Positions 13,641-27,791 of a stretch of DNA of 64,000 nucleotides are shown piece by piece (the first letter of the stretch is position 1; the number at the start of each line of letters is the position of its first letter). The notes below the pieces were generated by a model, which was not told where the DNA came from, ran no database searches, and worked only from the letters and a program-made list of their open reading frames with translations. The translations under genes and the position numbers were made by a program. The stretch is from Azolla caroliniana (Eukaryota > Plantae > Polypodiophyta), in the NCBI GenBank assembly GCA_043228905.1, contig JBHGNT010000010.1:2852001-2916000 (forward strand), written 5' to 3'.

Positions 13641-15848
13641 GAGATCGTAACATTTTCGTGGAAGAATACACACTAAAAAGGTAGAGGTAGATAATATAGA
13701 AGTTAGGGCAACCAAATCATGTGGGAGTCTACAACCAAATGATGCAAGACTTTGGAAGGATGGTGCAAAAGTTCCCTATACTGAAAATGAAGTTGGATGA
13801 TGTAGGAGGTCAAGCAATCAAATGTCACAAGAGTTCACAAAGAATGATGTGAAACAACACATGAATCCTCTACATAAAAGATCATGTGGATTCTGGATAT
13901 GAGTTGTATGCTAACATTGGTGATTGTAAAGCACTTAAGAGGGGGAGGGTTGTTGATAACCAGTGCCAACAACCCTCACACTTGTAGTCAATGGGCAGGT
14001 ATGTGAATTGAATAAGGTGCATGAGTTAGTTGTTGGGACAAACAAACACTCACTCACTTTATTTCTTGAATTGTATCTAACTATGCTCGCTTAGAAGCAC
14101 ATGAGGCATATCGGTCTCACGCCATAATAAGAAGCCCAATTGTTGTAATCACTCTATTAATATACATTCCTTATCTTGTTGTCTTCATTGTTTCTCCTTA
14201 ACCCTCATTACAAGTTTGTTTGTTACATTTGCTAGATAACATCATGAACTTACAACATTATATTTTAGCCTCCCTCCCAACATTATTTTCGCGGTCATGG
14301 CCACCCCTCACTAGGAGCCCCACCTTCCACTACCACTCTCTGACATCTTTAGTTGCAAGTAAATGTCACTTGAACAAACCCTCATCTAATTGTCTTTACC
14401 TAAAAATTTCTAAACCTAGTCTATGGGATACCTCATGAGAGAAAGCATTTGTATTGCAATGTTTTGTGTTTGATGGTAGGCATGGAGTCAAAGCATATAT
14501 ATGAAAGTTGAAGGGAGTAGTAATGTGGCAAGTGGAAATTCATCTTGCTTATTGGTAATTCAACATGTTCCATGTAGTTAGTTCACCCATTGCACATCTA
14601 TTAATATAATAGTGCATTTTCACCCCAAAAAAAGGAAGCATTTGTATATAATGAGGTCATTCAACCCACCATTCATTGTGGTAATTGTCAATTTTCTTGA
14701 ATAACATATGAAGATTTTGAACCAAAACATCAAACATATCCCATAACTGCTACATGCAAATTATCGATGGTTTTCTTCTCTTGTTTGTACTCACTTCCAG
14801 CAGTCCATTCCTGCCTTTATGAGAGCTTCTTAAACTAACAATCAACTCAATTGAATGTTAAGGATCATTTGTTCGTTTGGGGTCAATGAAGTTTTATTGA
14901 GGATAGCTTATTCCCTTCTTAATTGAATGCAAGGGAATTTTAAATCATCAATAAAAATATATCTATTATTAGGCATAAGCAAGCATTGATGTACGCATCT
15001 ATCCAAATCTGTCATAGAGCTTCAACAACATTGTCATACATGGCTGCCATCTTGCTCACACACCATATCCTTCCTTTCATATAAAATGGCAGTAAGGATC
15101 TCAATTGCACATGCTCTTCAAGTTCTCCTTTCCCATAAAAAGAGAACGTTAACATGTCAGACAATAGTCATTGAAGTATTGCTTTTATTGTCTTATTGAT
15201 AAGGTGACAGAAGCATTAAGTAACATTAGTAGTAAGCTTAGCATTATTAGTGATATATGTTAAAGAATGTGAATGCACCTGCATTTGCATGGCATAAAAA
15301 CCTGATTTAAAAAGTAATTTAGGTGCCTTATCCATGTTACTAGGGTTTCAGGAGGCCCTATACTGTACTGGTGCTCGATGTGCATGTAGCTTTGATGACT
15401 ATACACATCCTATAAGCTTCACTTCATTACATCTTTCAAAAGACAATTTAGTGAGCAAGATTGATATGTCCTTACGTTGTTGAAGCATACCAATCATGTA
15501 GTACTCATGAAACGTTTCCATTCGCTTTAAAAAGAAAAGCTTATTCCAACAAAAGAAATTACTCGAGTGCTTTAAAAAAAATGCCAGATTACACCCGATA
15601 TTCTTCAAGAAAGAGCTCCAATTACTACTACTCTCTAGTGACTACTCTTCTCAGACACCAATGAACATCCATGAGATTTTGCTGAATTTCTCACAGGAAA
15701 CCTTCCATCAAATGCTCTTCTTCGTGAGAAGCTGTTAAGTCCTTGCCACAATGATGTATACAAGAAAAAACATCATTTTAAAAGGTCATGTGCAAACTCG
15801 TCTCCTCACAAATACGACCATTTACTCAGCATTGCCTTCAGTGAATTC

Positions 15849-18800
15849 CTAGACATCATGTGCAACATGATCCTCCCCATCATGTTCACTATATTCATAT
15901 CCATTCACTAGTACTGCACCATCCTCCTGAACATCCTCTTCAGTGACTTCTTCTTGAGCATATTCTTCAGTGCCATCGTCAGCCTTCACAATACAAGCAA
16001 TCCATTAGTATGAATTCATGAATAAACGCAGTGAGTTATATCTGAAGTTTGAACTTTATCCTCTCACCTCATGATAATATTCTCCATTCTCCACTGGGGT
16101 ATCACCATTATTGAGATGCAGTGCCTTTAATTCCTCAATTATATCAATCTTTGAATCCCCAACATGCTTTGCATAATCACTAGCTGGTGAAAGATTCTCT
16201 CTGAAATGATATTTAAACAGTAAACAATGAGATACACATGGTAGATGCAAACGTGTGTATATATGGCAATGAAGAAAAAAGGAACTTGCCTAAGAGGCTT
16301 CATTCTTGCCTCTGCTTCCAATGCCCATTGCCAATCTGGAAACAGGTTTGGATACTCTTCTGGGTTTGCCAGCGATTCAGCAGCCTTTTGATTTATCTGC
16401 AATGTATATGAAATCCTTGTTTAAAGAAAATAAAGAACATTCTACTCCGATTTCAAAAGGATCTATCACCACAAACTTACCTTTTTCAAATCATTACTCC
16501 AAATCTTAACAATGTCTGAGACCTTACTTGGCAGGTATGCTCTAGCCATGAAGGCTGCCTCTGGTATTCGATTACTGAGTAAAGAAAGTCCCCACTTAGA
16601 TAAAATTCTGTGACATAAATCATAGAGATCAAGCACTCAAGCAGATTAAACCCAAAAAAACCTGTCAATTAAGAGCTGTAAACACTCCTCTAGTTGTCCA
16701 AGCATGAAAAGACAAACAAATGCTACATTGATTTTGCCATTTTTCACAGCTAAAGCTGCCAGCTTCTTCATTCCAGATGAATTTCCAAGTGATGAATACA
16801 GCAGCAGCAAGCCACTTAAATCTTCTGCTCTTGTCATGCATTCCTCAGCTACATCCAACTATAAAGGAGATAGTGACAAATATGAGCTTCAGAATATAAG
16901 AGTCCTAAATTCAGACTTTTGCAGTTTAGCTCAAGATTGAAAACAATCTACAAAAATGAGTGTTCTCTATAATTACTTTTAAAACAACTCATGATGCATA
17001 ATAAATATAAGGCATAATGTCATTGACCCTTGGGCACAGTAACAATAGTTACACATACATTGTATGCAAAAGAGCTGATATCTAATCTTCAATATTGCCT
17101 CAAATATAGGAACACCTACTACCAGGAAAATGCTGTTTCTAATATACACAGATTAAGAGATAGAACTGCTTCCTCTGTTAAAACTCAGATCCAAGTCTAA
17201 AAAATTATACTACATAGACCTTTCCAGAAGACATCGCCAACTCTCCAAGCTGTTTCCACTTGGACTCGCTTTGTGCTTCCTCAGCAATTTCCTGCATTGT
17301 AAGATCAGACATTTGGTAAGAATAGAGTAAAACCAAGTTGCTGATATGAGAAACAAACTAAACAAAGCAGAGAGAAGAACTAAAATGTACCTTTGCCACT
17401 TCTAACCTTCCCAACTGAACAGACAGATCAAATTTGTAATCGGGATCTGTAACTATTGCAAGGGCCTCTTCTATCATGTTCCGTGACTCCAGAAACCGGG
17501 CAACGCTACAAAACATCAGTCACAATTATTAACATTCCACGAATGGTTTACATAAGAAAAAAACAAGGAATATACAGATTTGACATAACCAGAATCCCTC
17601 TACCTATTATATTGCTCTTTTGGTATTGTAGGTAACACCTCTTCAGCTCTTTCCATGTCTCCTCTCATAACAAGTGTCTTGTATTCGATCAGGCTAAGCA
17701 GTAGGGTATAGCTGATAATACTACAAAAGACCAAATGTACAGCAATATTTAACAAACCATTTACATGTGCGCAAACAATTTACAATGGTATGTGAGGCTT
17801 ACTTAAATTCTTTGTCAATCAGAAACACCCTACTATGACTTGCAAGATACCCAAGCAGGTACATTGGTCGATCCAGATGGTACATGGTTGTAATCTGAAA
17901 TAGAACACCAAAAAAGGATCTTTAAGGAATTGCATTTGCAGAGAAAATATCCATGCTGACATCATGGAAAATTTACCATACTTACCTCCCCCCCAACACA
18001 ATAATTCAGTCGCCATGCTGAATTATTGTAAATGAAGCAATCACCAACCCATATACCAGTACGAACTCTCTCTGAAACTTCATGCAAAAGTTCAAATGCA
18101 TCTTCAACACCTTGTTCATCTAACGGCTTTCCAGCATCAGCATGTGCAGCCACAGCATCCCTCTACATATGCAGATTGTTCAGTGTGGTAAAATAAATAT
18201 ACTTGATTCTTGATAGTAGTGCATATTTCATAATAGTGTGATTGCATGATCCACTTTACATTGTATTTTAGTATGTAGAAAGAGCTGTCGCTGACAATTG
18301 TTACCAAGTCACCACTATCAGCCCAGTAGATATCCTATGTTAAAGAAATAAAGATGTGAGACATTATTCAACCATAATCATTGTTAATAAATTGACTTGA
18401 AAAATATGCTGCATAAATTAAGCACAGCTTTAATATTAATGAAATCAACAGCATACCTTCTACTGTTGACATTCACAAACTAACTGTTTCTGGAAAGGAA
18501 AATATACCTTTACAGTCACATCTATGCGTCGAATTACTCGGCATTCTGCCCAATCATAAAAGCATACAAAGTCATTTGAACGAACAGCCAGTAGTGCTCC
18601 TCCATAGATCCCCTCAGCGGAAAATGTTGGACGTATGCTTTTTCTCTCCTGCATTGAATTATAATATAGGCAGGTTGTCTGAGAAAATACACTAAAAATG
18701 ATTTTAAGAGCACAAATTCAACAGCCCACATAAGTATACATGTATTGTGCACTCTGTTTATGTTTCCAGAGATAGCATATGTGACCCTCCTCTCTAATAG

Positions 18801-21800
18801 AAACCCTAAAGGTGTGTTGGTTTAGGATTATCCAAGTTTTTTTATTTTGCTAAGATATTGACATGAACCACCCATCCCCATGGCATGGAGAAGTATATAA
18901 ATTTTCCAGTACATTCTCATGTTATGGTCAGGAATTCAGGCTTCAAATTATACATCATCAGTCAGAAAAGTTTGCGGCAAAAACAATTCTCTTTTTAAGC
19001 CCAAATTGGTTTCTTACAGTATTTTACAAATCAAACACAGCTAAAATGCTACCTTGGAAAAATAGTGAGAACATAATCATTTAAGTTCATTAACTCAAAA
19101 TACTGGACATAGCTTCAGTGTCTTCCACCTTGAACTGCAGCTGCTAGACCAATTCATTTCTTCGTTTTAATATGTTGGGTCATAAGTTCTTTCCTGACTA
19201 GAGATCATTTTTCAGCTAGCGGCCTACAAAGTTTTTGCTATTGAGACATGCCTTACATTAATTCCTTTGTCAATATTTAAAGGTAAGCTGTCAGCTGTAG
19301 TCATTGCCTATGAAACTGTATGAATACGATTACCACATCTAACCTAAGATTCTCCCATTTGTATAAAATCATTGGAAATAGGGAATGATTATTAATCCAC
19401 ACAATATAGGCATGAGGAAGTATTCTTGAATGCAATCTTACAGTACATAAATTGGAAATAATGTACAAAAACACCATTCAATCAAAACAAAGTATAGCCA
19501 TCCATGAATATTTGTGGGTATGTAAACATGTATATGAATATATATTAAGCCGTACAATGTTTAAATATAGCACAAATATGTTTACACATATACACACAAA
19601 TTCATATATATGCATTTTATTTTATGCAAACAGGTACTTGATATAAACAAATCTCACATAAAACGTACCACGCATACGTACACATTATATATAGAATAAT
19701 TTAAATACAGAATCTCAGGTGTCTATGTACATTATGAGTTTGTATATATTTGTATTAACTTTCTGTTAACACACATACAAATATGTTTGACACCCATAGT
19801 GAATAATTTATCCAGCTGATATGCCTTAAACAATTTCTTGATGTTTAGAATACAACATTTATCCATACCTGATAGAATAATTTCACCTAAAGTAGTACCT
19901 GAAAAGATTTATTGAATATCTTGATCTTGGATGTGCTTTCTCGAACTGCATATTCACCATCAACCGACCATGCAAACTCTAGTGCAGACCCAAAAGATCT
20001 GTTCCTCCATGCAAGTGCTGTGTAGATAATATATTCTCCATCTCCACAAACTACTACAAATCTCCCATTTGGATTGTGCTTCAAGCTCTGGAAAAGATAA
20101 TACAATTGAAATTCAATAAATTCCTTAAATAAGCTAGATTTTATTCAAAATGATGCTACTTTTCCAATATCCTGTGAAAGACATCTACAAAACATGATAT
20201 AGCATGAGATTATCATAAACTCATCTGCATGTACGAAATTCCATAGCTATATTGACATGTTCACTTTAAAAAAATAATAAAAGTTCTAGATTTAGGGTAA
20301 ATTTGGCACTTACTTGTGGATACAGATCACAGCTCCCAAGTTCCTTTACTGACAAAGGTAATCTCTCTCCATCTACAACCTGCACAATTTCAGAAATTAG
20401 TTCTTTCGTATGATTATGTTACATGTTTGCTATCTACTTCACTTATTATGTTTATCTCAGTGTACAATAGGTTAACCGATTGCTTGAACAACCACTTAAG
20501 AGATGTAAAAGACACAATAAACCACTGATAATAGATCTTCCTTGGGAAGACAAACCAGATTATGTTTCCTATCGAGCAAAACAATAAATAGATTGGGTAA
20601 CAAAAACAAAATGCATTGAACAATTGGTAGCAATGGCTGACAGAATATAGAACTTAAATATTTATTGCTTATTAATCTGTCGTGCGATGTTAAATATATG
20701 ATATAGAATTATACCTCATCTAATCCAATAGACTTGATGTTCACAGTCTGGATTTCATTGTGTTTTGCCCATATTATTTTCCCACTACTGTCCATGCTAG
20801 CAACCGGTTCTTCTCGTCCTATTTTGATCATTATAGTGCCTTCATCATATCCAATTGCAATCCTAACAGACAATATTTAAATTTGATGCTTCACGTTTAA
20901 GTTTTTGTAGCATGCTAGCTGCATTTAGGTATTATGAAAGAATTAAAATACCTGTTGGATCCTTTTAAGTGTCCAATAGTCCAGACTCGTTCTAAACCAT
21001 AGTTCAAAGTATTCTCCAGCCTATATATGAAAGCAGGTGAATTAACATTTAGACAATATGCAAATACATTGCAAAAGCTCATCAATAATTACAAATCAAG
21101 TTCCTCAAAGGAACCAAACTGCAAAGTTAATTACTCCTTTATTTCTCAATTTTACAAGCCAACATGAGCAACTATAATCTTTGTTAAATCTCAGAAGCCA
21201 GTATGATTTTTAGAGAATTTAATATATCTTTCTTCTTGTTGTATGCTCGTACTGCCCAAAGGAAGAAAAGTTCAACACAAAATTTTGGAGAGAAGGCTAT
21301 GCCTGTATGTTGTTGCGTGCCAAATACGAACAGTACCATCCTCTGACCCAGTGATAATGATGGGCAACTCTGGGTGAAAGCAGACAGCAGATACATTGTG
21401 AGTATGACCTTCTAATGTCTGAACACAGCTCTTTGTTTGGTAGTCCCACACCTACACCAATAATAAAGCTGAAGCAATTTAGCTTTCTTATAAAAAACTA
21501 TAAAAAAATTACTAATATAAACCACTTCTACATGGCACCTTAGCAGTGTGATCATCTGAACCAGTGATCAAATAGGGACGATCACCCCCTGTAAAATAGT
21601 CCACACAATTTACCCCCTTCATGTGAGCCTCCAGAGTGAAATTGGGCTCTGGTGATCCAAGATTCCATATCTGTTATCATTAAAATTAGTTTTAAACCAA
21701 ATGTAATCAACAAATAGAATATTTCTTTTAGTTCTTCCTTTTTTACTAATGTGTACCTTGATTGTTCGGTCGAGTGAGGCACTAGCAAATGTATTCGTGT

Positions 21801-23753
21801 CCTTGGGGTTGAAAGTCACTTGCATCACATAGTGCGAATGACCTTCAAATATTTGGGTGCAAATCCAACCCTTGTCCCAATCCCAAAGCTTAATTAGCAT
21901 ATCATCGGACGATGACAGTACATAGGGTAATGTGGGGTGAACTGCCACACACCTAATATAGTCAGTGTGAGCTTCAAATGTTTTGATTTTGTCCATTGTA
22001 TTATAATTATATACTCGAATGTGCATGTCATCTGCTCCTGCCACAATCCATTGTTTTCTAGGGATGAACTTTGCTGATCTCACTGCACAAACAAAGACCC
22101 AACTCCATAAGTTTTTTATACATGGTGTACTTGAATAAAGAAAATACAAACTTGCTATCAGATAAAATAGCTACCTGGAAGTTCTGTAACTTCAAATGAC
22201 TTCACTAAGCTCTGGCAGAAACAAGATCAGCAGTTAGAAAAAATGATCTAAATAAAACTTGACACTCTATATAACAAATCACTACATTACCTGGGTGTGA
22301 TAGTTCCAAATATAAATACTCCCCGTGTATAGACTTGTGAGTATCCTGAGAAAATAACACTGATTAATAAATATAATAGTATTAGGAGGAGGGTAAGTGA
22401 GCGAAACAGAAAGAGATTACCATGGCTCGGTTGGATGAAGGTCTACTGACTTCACTCGATCTGATCTCTGGGCTAGTTTGCGCTGTATAAATCAATTCAT
22501 GTCACTCATCTGAATGAAGGAAGATGTGAAAACAAATTTGAGCAATAAAGATAAACAGAAGTATACCTTAATCTCCAGTCGCAAAGGCTGCAATGAGAGA
22601 TAAACAAGAAAATTTCAGTTAGAAAGATGCATTGCTTGATGTATACACCACAACAGAGAAAATTTCCAGTGATTCAACTTGCAGCATATTGCAGGAGACA
22701 AAAAAGGATGGAATTGTAGATTTACACAAAAAGTGTGATCGAGACAAAGATTTATCCATAGTAATGGAAAAAATAAGGATCTCTGATGCTGTGAGAGAGT
22801 AGAGCCTTCAGATCCTCAACTAAGTATATAGAAAAGTTCTCTATCGACATTATGTAGAAAATTAGAAGTGTTATCAGCGTTGTGAAGAGAGTCTGAAAGT
22901 GATTGCAACATTGTGAACAAATTTTAAAAGTGTTAATCAAAGTTGTAAAGAAATTCTAAAAGTTTTACATCAACATTCCGAACAGACATTCAAAAAGTTC
23001 TATATCAGCATTGTGAACAAATTCTAAAAGGGGTATCTGCATAAGGGAATTTATTTTATTAGGAGTTCCACAATGAACCACACTGATGTGTGCAATGTGC
23101 ATGAATGGATCATCGACAAAGCTTCAACGATGGAAACAAACAAGTTCTGCGATGTCAACAATTTTATTGGCATCATAAAGAGCATTTTGAATGATTTATT
23201 TACAAAGAACCATTCCATTGTCAGCTCCACACTGAAAACACAGAAATTGCTGATGTATGCACTATATAGGGGTGGAATCAAAGGCAATGCTTCATAGATA
23301 AAGATATGGCATCCTTTTGTAAAACGACGTTTGGAACAACATTTCACAAAATATCATAGAAGCTATCAAAATAATTTGCACGGACACATATCCTTCATTG
23401 ATGCAGTATGCAAATCAAAATCTTTACATCTATTTCTAATGAATATTGGAACACACGCACGACTTGGTCATGTAAAAAAAAAATGGTGAAAGGAAGCATT
23501 TTGGACAGCTGATTCACAGAATTTCTTCACCGATGCAGAAAACCAGAGAAACAGAAAACATATTTTGCACCGTTTTTCTGTTGTTCTGTTTTGCAGAGTT
23601 ATCAACACAGAGACGGGGAGCTCTTTTCCATCGCGAACTTCCTCATATCCGAGAATGATGTAAAGAGGTAGAAAGATGAAGAGGGAGGAGATGATGATGA
23701 TGATGATGATGTGAGACGGAGAGAGAGAGAGAGAGAGAGTAGATTAATACCAT
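15849..23753 (-). CDS. COPB2: Coatomer subunit beta' (beta'-COP, Sec27 homolog), 24 coding exons, ~903 aa
   Basis: Exons: 23753-23751 (ATG only), 22587-22567, 22482-22421, 22345-22291, 22211-22175, 22082-21757, 21670-21539, 21451-21303, 21020-20952, 20862-20715, 20379-20314, 20087-19899, 18648-18508, 18334-18260, 18162-17986, 17894-17803, 17720-17604, 17505-17391, 17291-17220, 16858-16662, 16574-16481, 16396-16290, 16200-16068, 15983-15849. Total 2712 nt with consistent phases. N-terminus [31 protein letters not shown]40 repeats (AHTDYIR, GHSHYVM), [26 protein letters not shown], acidic tail. The last exon is the least certain. Confidence 0.96.
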
Positions 23754-24166
23754 TTTTGCAGTCTGTTGAGCGGATCTGACGGGATCGGAGAGGATCTGGC
23801 GATGGAGATGGAGATGCAGACGCAGATGCAGACGGATCTTCAGCAGAAAAAGAGTGAAGAGGAGAAGAAGGACGCAGACAGCTCTGAAAGGAAGCAGAGA
23901 ACAAACAAACAAACAAAAACAGAGTGTGCTTGCAGAGGAGGGCGAAGGGGGGGGACAGAAATGTAAATATCTCTTACTTCCTTCTTATCTCTCATTTACT
24001 CTTCTTTCTTCTTATTCTTATTACATTCATATTTTCTTCTTCTTCTTTTTTCTCTTCACTCAGCAAAAACAAAAGCAAAGAAAAACAAAACCCCCCAAAA
24101 ACATGTATTTCTCATTTTTTTATCTTTTATGTCCTTATTCTTTTGCTCCAAGGAAAATGAGGAAGA

Positions 24167-24206
24167 GCGCGCGCGCGCGTGTGTGTGTGTGTGTGTGTGT
24201 GTGTGT
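24167..24206. repeat. (GC)6(GT)14 compound microsatellite upstream of beta'-COP
   Basis: 40-bp uninterrupted alternating purine-pyrimidine tract read directly from the sequence. Confidence 0.9.
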
Positions 24207-24523
24207 CAGAGGGTGGTTCGCACACATACACGATACACTCTCTGAAGTGCATCTCCGGAGGTTCATATAATATCGGTAATGAGCGAGGAAGAAGAGGTGG
24301 CCACAACCCTGCAAGATGTGAACTCAGTTCGCGGCCATGAATGAATGATGGGTGAAACAGCTTTCGTGGATTGGGGCGGTCATCATCCCTGGGTATGTTA
24401 GATGGAATCGTCGTCGTGGAGCTGGAAAAGCAAAGGATAAAGGACTTTCCTATCTAGGTAAATCTTAACGGCTCGCTCACCCAAATGCGGTTGACACTTT
24501 AGAATCTTGGACGTCGACGCTTT

Positions 24524-24995
24524 TCAACTTCCATCAAGGGTCCTCACTTGACATTTTGTGTTGATCTCCATTGGAGTAGTGCCACCTAGTAGTATAAGGA
24601 TAAGAACTTGTGTAGTTCCAGATAATGGCGACGTTGCCACCGATGCATATATTTGCTCTAATCTAGGAAACGAGGAACGCCTCTCAAATAGATGGTTGTC
24701 ACAACCCGTTGTAAGCGATTTAGGATCTTCATAAATTTTGAGAAGTACATCCTTCACATCATTATGAAGCCTATCCATTAAGGCCTATTCATCCCATGGG
24801 ATGTCGCATGCATAGGTAACCTTTGAATTGTATTGATAACGGTTCTCACACTATCTATATCTCCAAAACAAGCTTCAATTTACTTAATAAACTTATCAAA
24901 ATTATCTAATATGGGGAACTTTCCGTAAGTAATGGCACAAACCAAGCTAGCATTGTACCAGTCAATAAAGTCCCCACCAACCCTACTCATGTCAC
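24524..24995 (-). mobile_element. Degenerate gypsy gag fragment, same family as the element at 27792-33641
   Basis: MDRLHNDVKDVLLKIYEDPKSLT..CDNHLFER..GTTPMEI aligns by eye with MDQFHQGLRNDVKDILLTFHEAPKSLT..CDNRLFEG..GPTPMEI in the gag at 31814-32902. Confidence 0.85.
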
Positions 24996-25559
24996 ATAAG
25001 TTGAGATGCATTCAAATTATCATGGTTGTATTAACAATATTGGATTGAAGAAGAGGATAAGAAGAGAGAAATGAGAGAGGACATTAAAAATGTATTAACA
25101 ATAATTATTAGAAATACAAGAGTGTGGCTAAGACTAATGTCAAAACAAAATAGTTCGTCAATACTCAAATACATGGTTATATACTATGGTTTAGACATAA
25201 GCATGACTCATGCATTAGCCTATGCAATGTGGTGATATATCATAATTTTATGTATATATTATAGGTACGTAACGTTACAAAATATTATATATACTATGAT
25301 ATAATGCTAATGGTTAAGGCTATAATATTATTCAAAAAGATCATGTGCTCATAACATTTGCAAGCATTTCCAATATGGGAAACAAATTTGGAATATGCAC
25401 TTGACACATTACAAGATGTTACACAAACCCCTAGAGCTAGTCCATTGACAAGTGTGGACCAACGTTTGAAAGATCTCTAAGAGGCATATAGTACTTCGTC
25501 ATTGATGATGTTATTTGGAGGTTGGAAGACATGGGTTTACTTGATTAAGTCTAGAGACA

Positions 25560-26926
25560 AAATGTGCCCTTATGTTCATCCTATATACCAAGGTGGAACT
25601 CAAGACCAATCACAAGCGAAAAACTCTCTAATAGGATAACGGAAATGAATACACCTCCAGGCTTTCTTTAAGTCAATGTCTGACAAATGGATTCATCATC
25701 AATAGATAGTTACTTCCTTACACCTTGATGCAAAACAATATAGTTGAATGAATGAGGTGGACAATCAAAGAAAGAGTGAAGTAAGTGATTCAACATGTCG
25801 TGTTTGAAGTTAAGATTTTAGGTAGAGGCACTAAAAATTGTAGATCAAACTATCACCTTTGAAGCCCATGAAGCTACAAGTGCTAGAAGAATTATGGTTG
25901 AGGGAAAAACCCAACTACAATCAACTTCACATTTTTTGGATGTGAAGTGATGCCCTCACGCTTAAGGAGAAGTAGCAAAAATTGTCCCCCTAAACAAAAG
26001 ATTTGCATTTTTCTTGGCAATGGCTTAGATAGGCGATTTAGATTTCGAGTATGGGACCTAGACGACCAAAAGTCTATTTGAAGTAGTGATGTCATCTTCA
26101 ATGAAGACCCAATATGTTTAGCCTAAGTATGATCAAAAGCAACATAGGGATGTTGAATTCATCCTATACGTAGATGACATGCTTCTCTCTTGTTAGCATG
26201 CCCAAGAGCTTGTCAATCTTATTCAGAAACTATGGTTGAAGTTCGCAATGAAGGAGCTACGTCGGGCTCGACACATACTCGGAATGAAGATTAGTCAACT
26301 CCAAAATCAACGACAATTAAGCTCGGCCTTGAGAAGATCTCCACGACTGACAATGTATTAGACGAGATGACCAAGTGTCTGTCAAATGACCGACTCTGAT
26401 CACTAAGGCATCAAATGGGCTTAAGAAGAAATCAATCCGACTGAGTCAGACAAAGAGATTACTCCGGACAATCGGCCTCTGACACGTCGGACAATCGGCT
26501 CTAATCCGGTTACAACTTTTTGAACTAGCTGATTTGGCTTTTGTTGCTTAACCCTTGCTGATACGACAACCAACCGAATTGCCTTGAATATCTCTTTGTA
26601 TAATTTGTATTTTGTTTCGTTTGTCTATTACAAATTCTTTGATGTATACGCCCATTACGAGAGAGTGTCGAATACGGGTGTCTAATGGCTGTATTCACAT
26701 TGTCCCACTTGGACAAACTAGAATAGGACACATTCATAATATGATCAAAGGGCAGCTGCCCTAGGTAAGTTATTATATACATGGTCTTGTAACTAGTTTG
26801 TAAAGGGTTGTTGTTGCCATTCTTTGTATGTATCATTTTGAATAATAGAGTTACAAATTGTGCCTCTCCATCTGTCTCTCCCACTCTTTGTATTAATTTG
26901 GTTGTCTTGCAACTCCCTACTTAACA
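25560..26926 (+). mobile_element. Internally deleted Ty1/copia remnant (INT, RT, RNaseH pieces) with probable 3' LTR ~26510-26926
   Basis: Integrase-end FFGCEV..KICIFLG, RT ILYVDDML (~26161), FAMKELRRARHILGM and RNaseH end KISTTDNVLDEMTKCL. LTR boundaries are approximate; the tract ends ...cttaaca. Confidence 0.65.
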
Positions 26927-27791
26927 TTTTGTTTCTCCTACTCATCAATATTCAACTTGGTGTTCTTCAATCCATGCCTGTTGTTTTGTTTCCGCATTGA
27001 CGGTCTCAACTCCAACAAGCCTGGGAGTCACCAATGAGTCTAACTCATTTTCGACAAATGACGCCGACAATTCTTCCCAGAGAACACAAGGAGATGAATT
27101 AATGAGCATGAACATTATTATGAAAAGGTTCAACCAACTCATGAGTAGGCACACCTTGGTCACTTCATAATAACTAACTAGCCAAATGTTTTCAAGCATG
27201 TAGACGACCGAACAACACAGTTCATTTATTGGACTCATGTGGTTGACTCCTCCATCTCGCAAGAAGAAAGGGAGAAGATTCACCACCATCATCAATCCCA
27301 ATCTTTGGGCTCTTGAAGATCCATCAAGAAATTCTATAACACAAAGGTTAGTGGAAATACTCGCACATGTTGCCGACAAACATGCCATAACTATTTGCAT
27401 GACTCTACCCACATGAATTGGTTGGACAACAATCAAGTAGCCATTTGCTGACAATGGCGACGAATCATCAATGTCATTCAAAGATACTCCCGAAGAGGCA
27501 AATGTTAGTAGGATCCCCTACGGCAACCAAATACTCTAAATTGACTACACCGACACCACAAATAGGAATCAAACGAGTCCAAAATACCACAAAGTTCTTC
27601 TCACTAGGTTTGGACCATGTCAACTACATGAACACCATTGAGCCATGCACATATCTTGAAGCACTTATTGCACCAAATGCCAAGACATGACACAAAGTTG
27701 AGGAATTTGCGATGGATTTGATTCCACACAACATGTGGGAGCTACTCCTATTACCAACCAAAAAGAAATTGTGACTTCTTACACACATAAC

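Noticed and set aside
14795-14810. Possible 16-nt alternative terminal microexon of beta'-COP (cag|GAATGGACTGCTGGAA|gtgagt)
   Set aside because: It lies downstream of the in-frame stop, has a poor polypyrimidine tract, and I found no matching upstream donor. Unsupported without cDNA.
23602-24270. Several 80-140 aa ORFs near the beta'-COP 5' end
   Set aside because: Low-complexity translations of UTR, promoter and microsatellite sequence with no domain motifs.
26525-27481. 119-aa and 178-aa minus-strand ORFs
   Set aside because: They lie antisense within copia LTR/spacer remnants and have no recognisable motifs.
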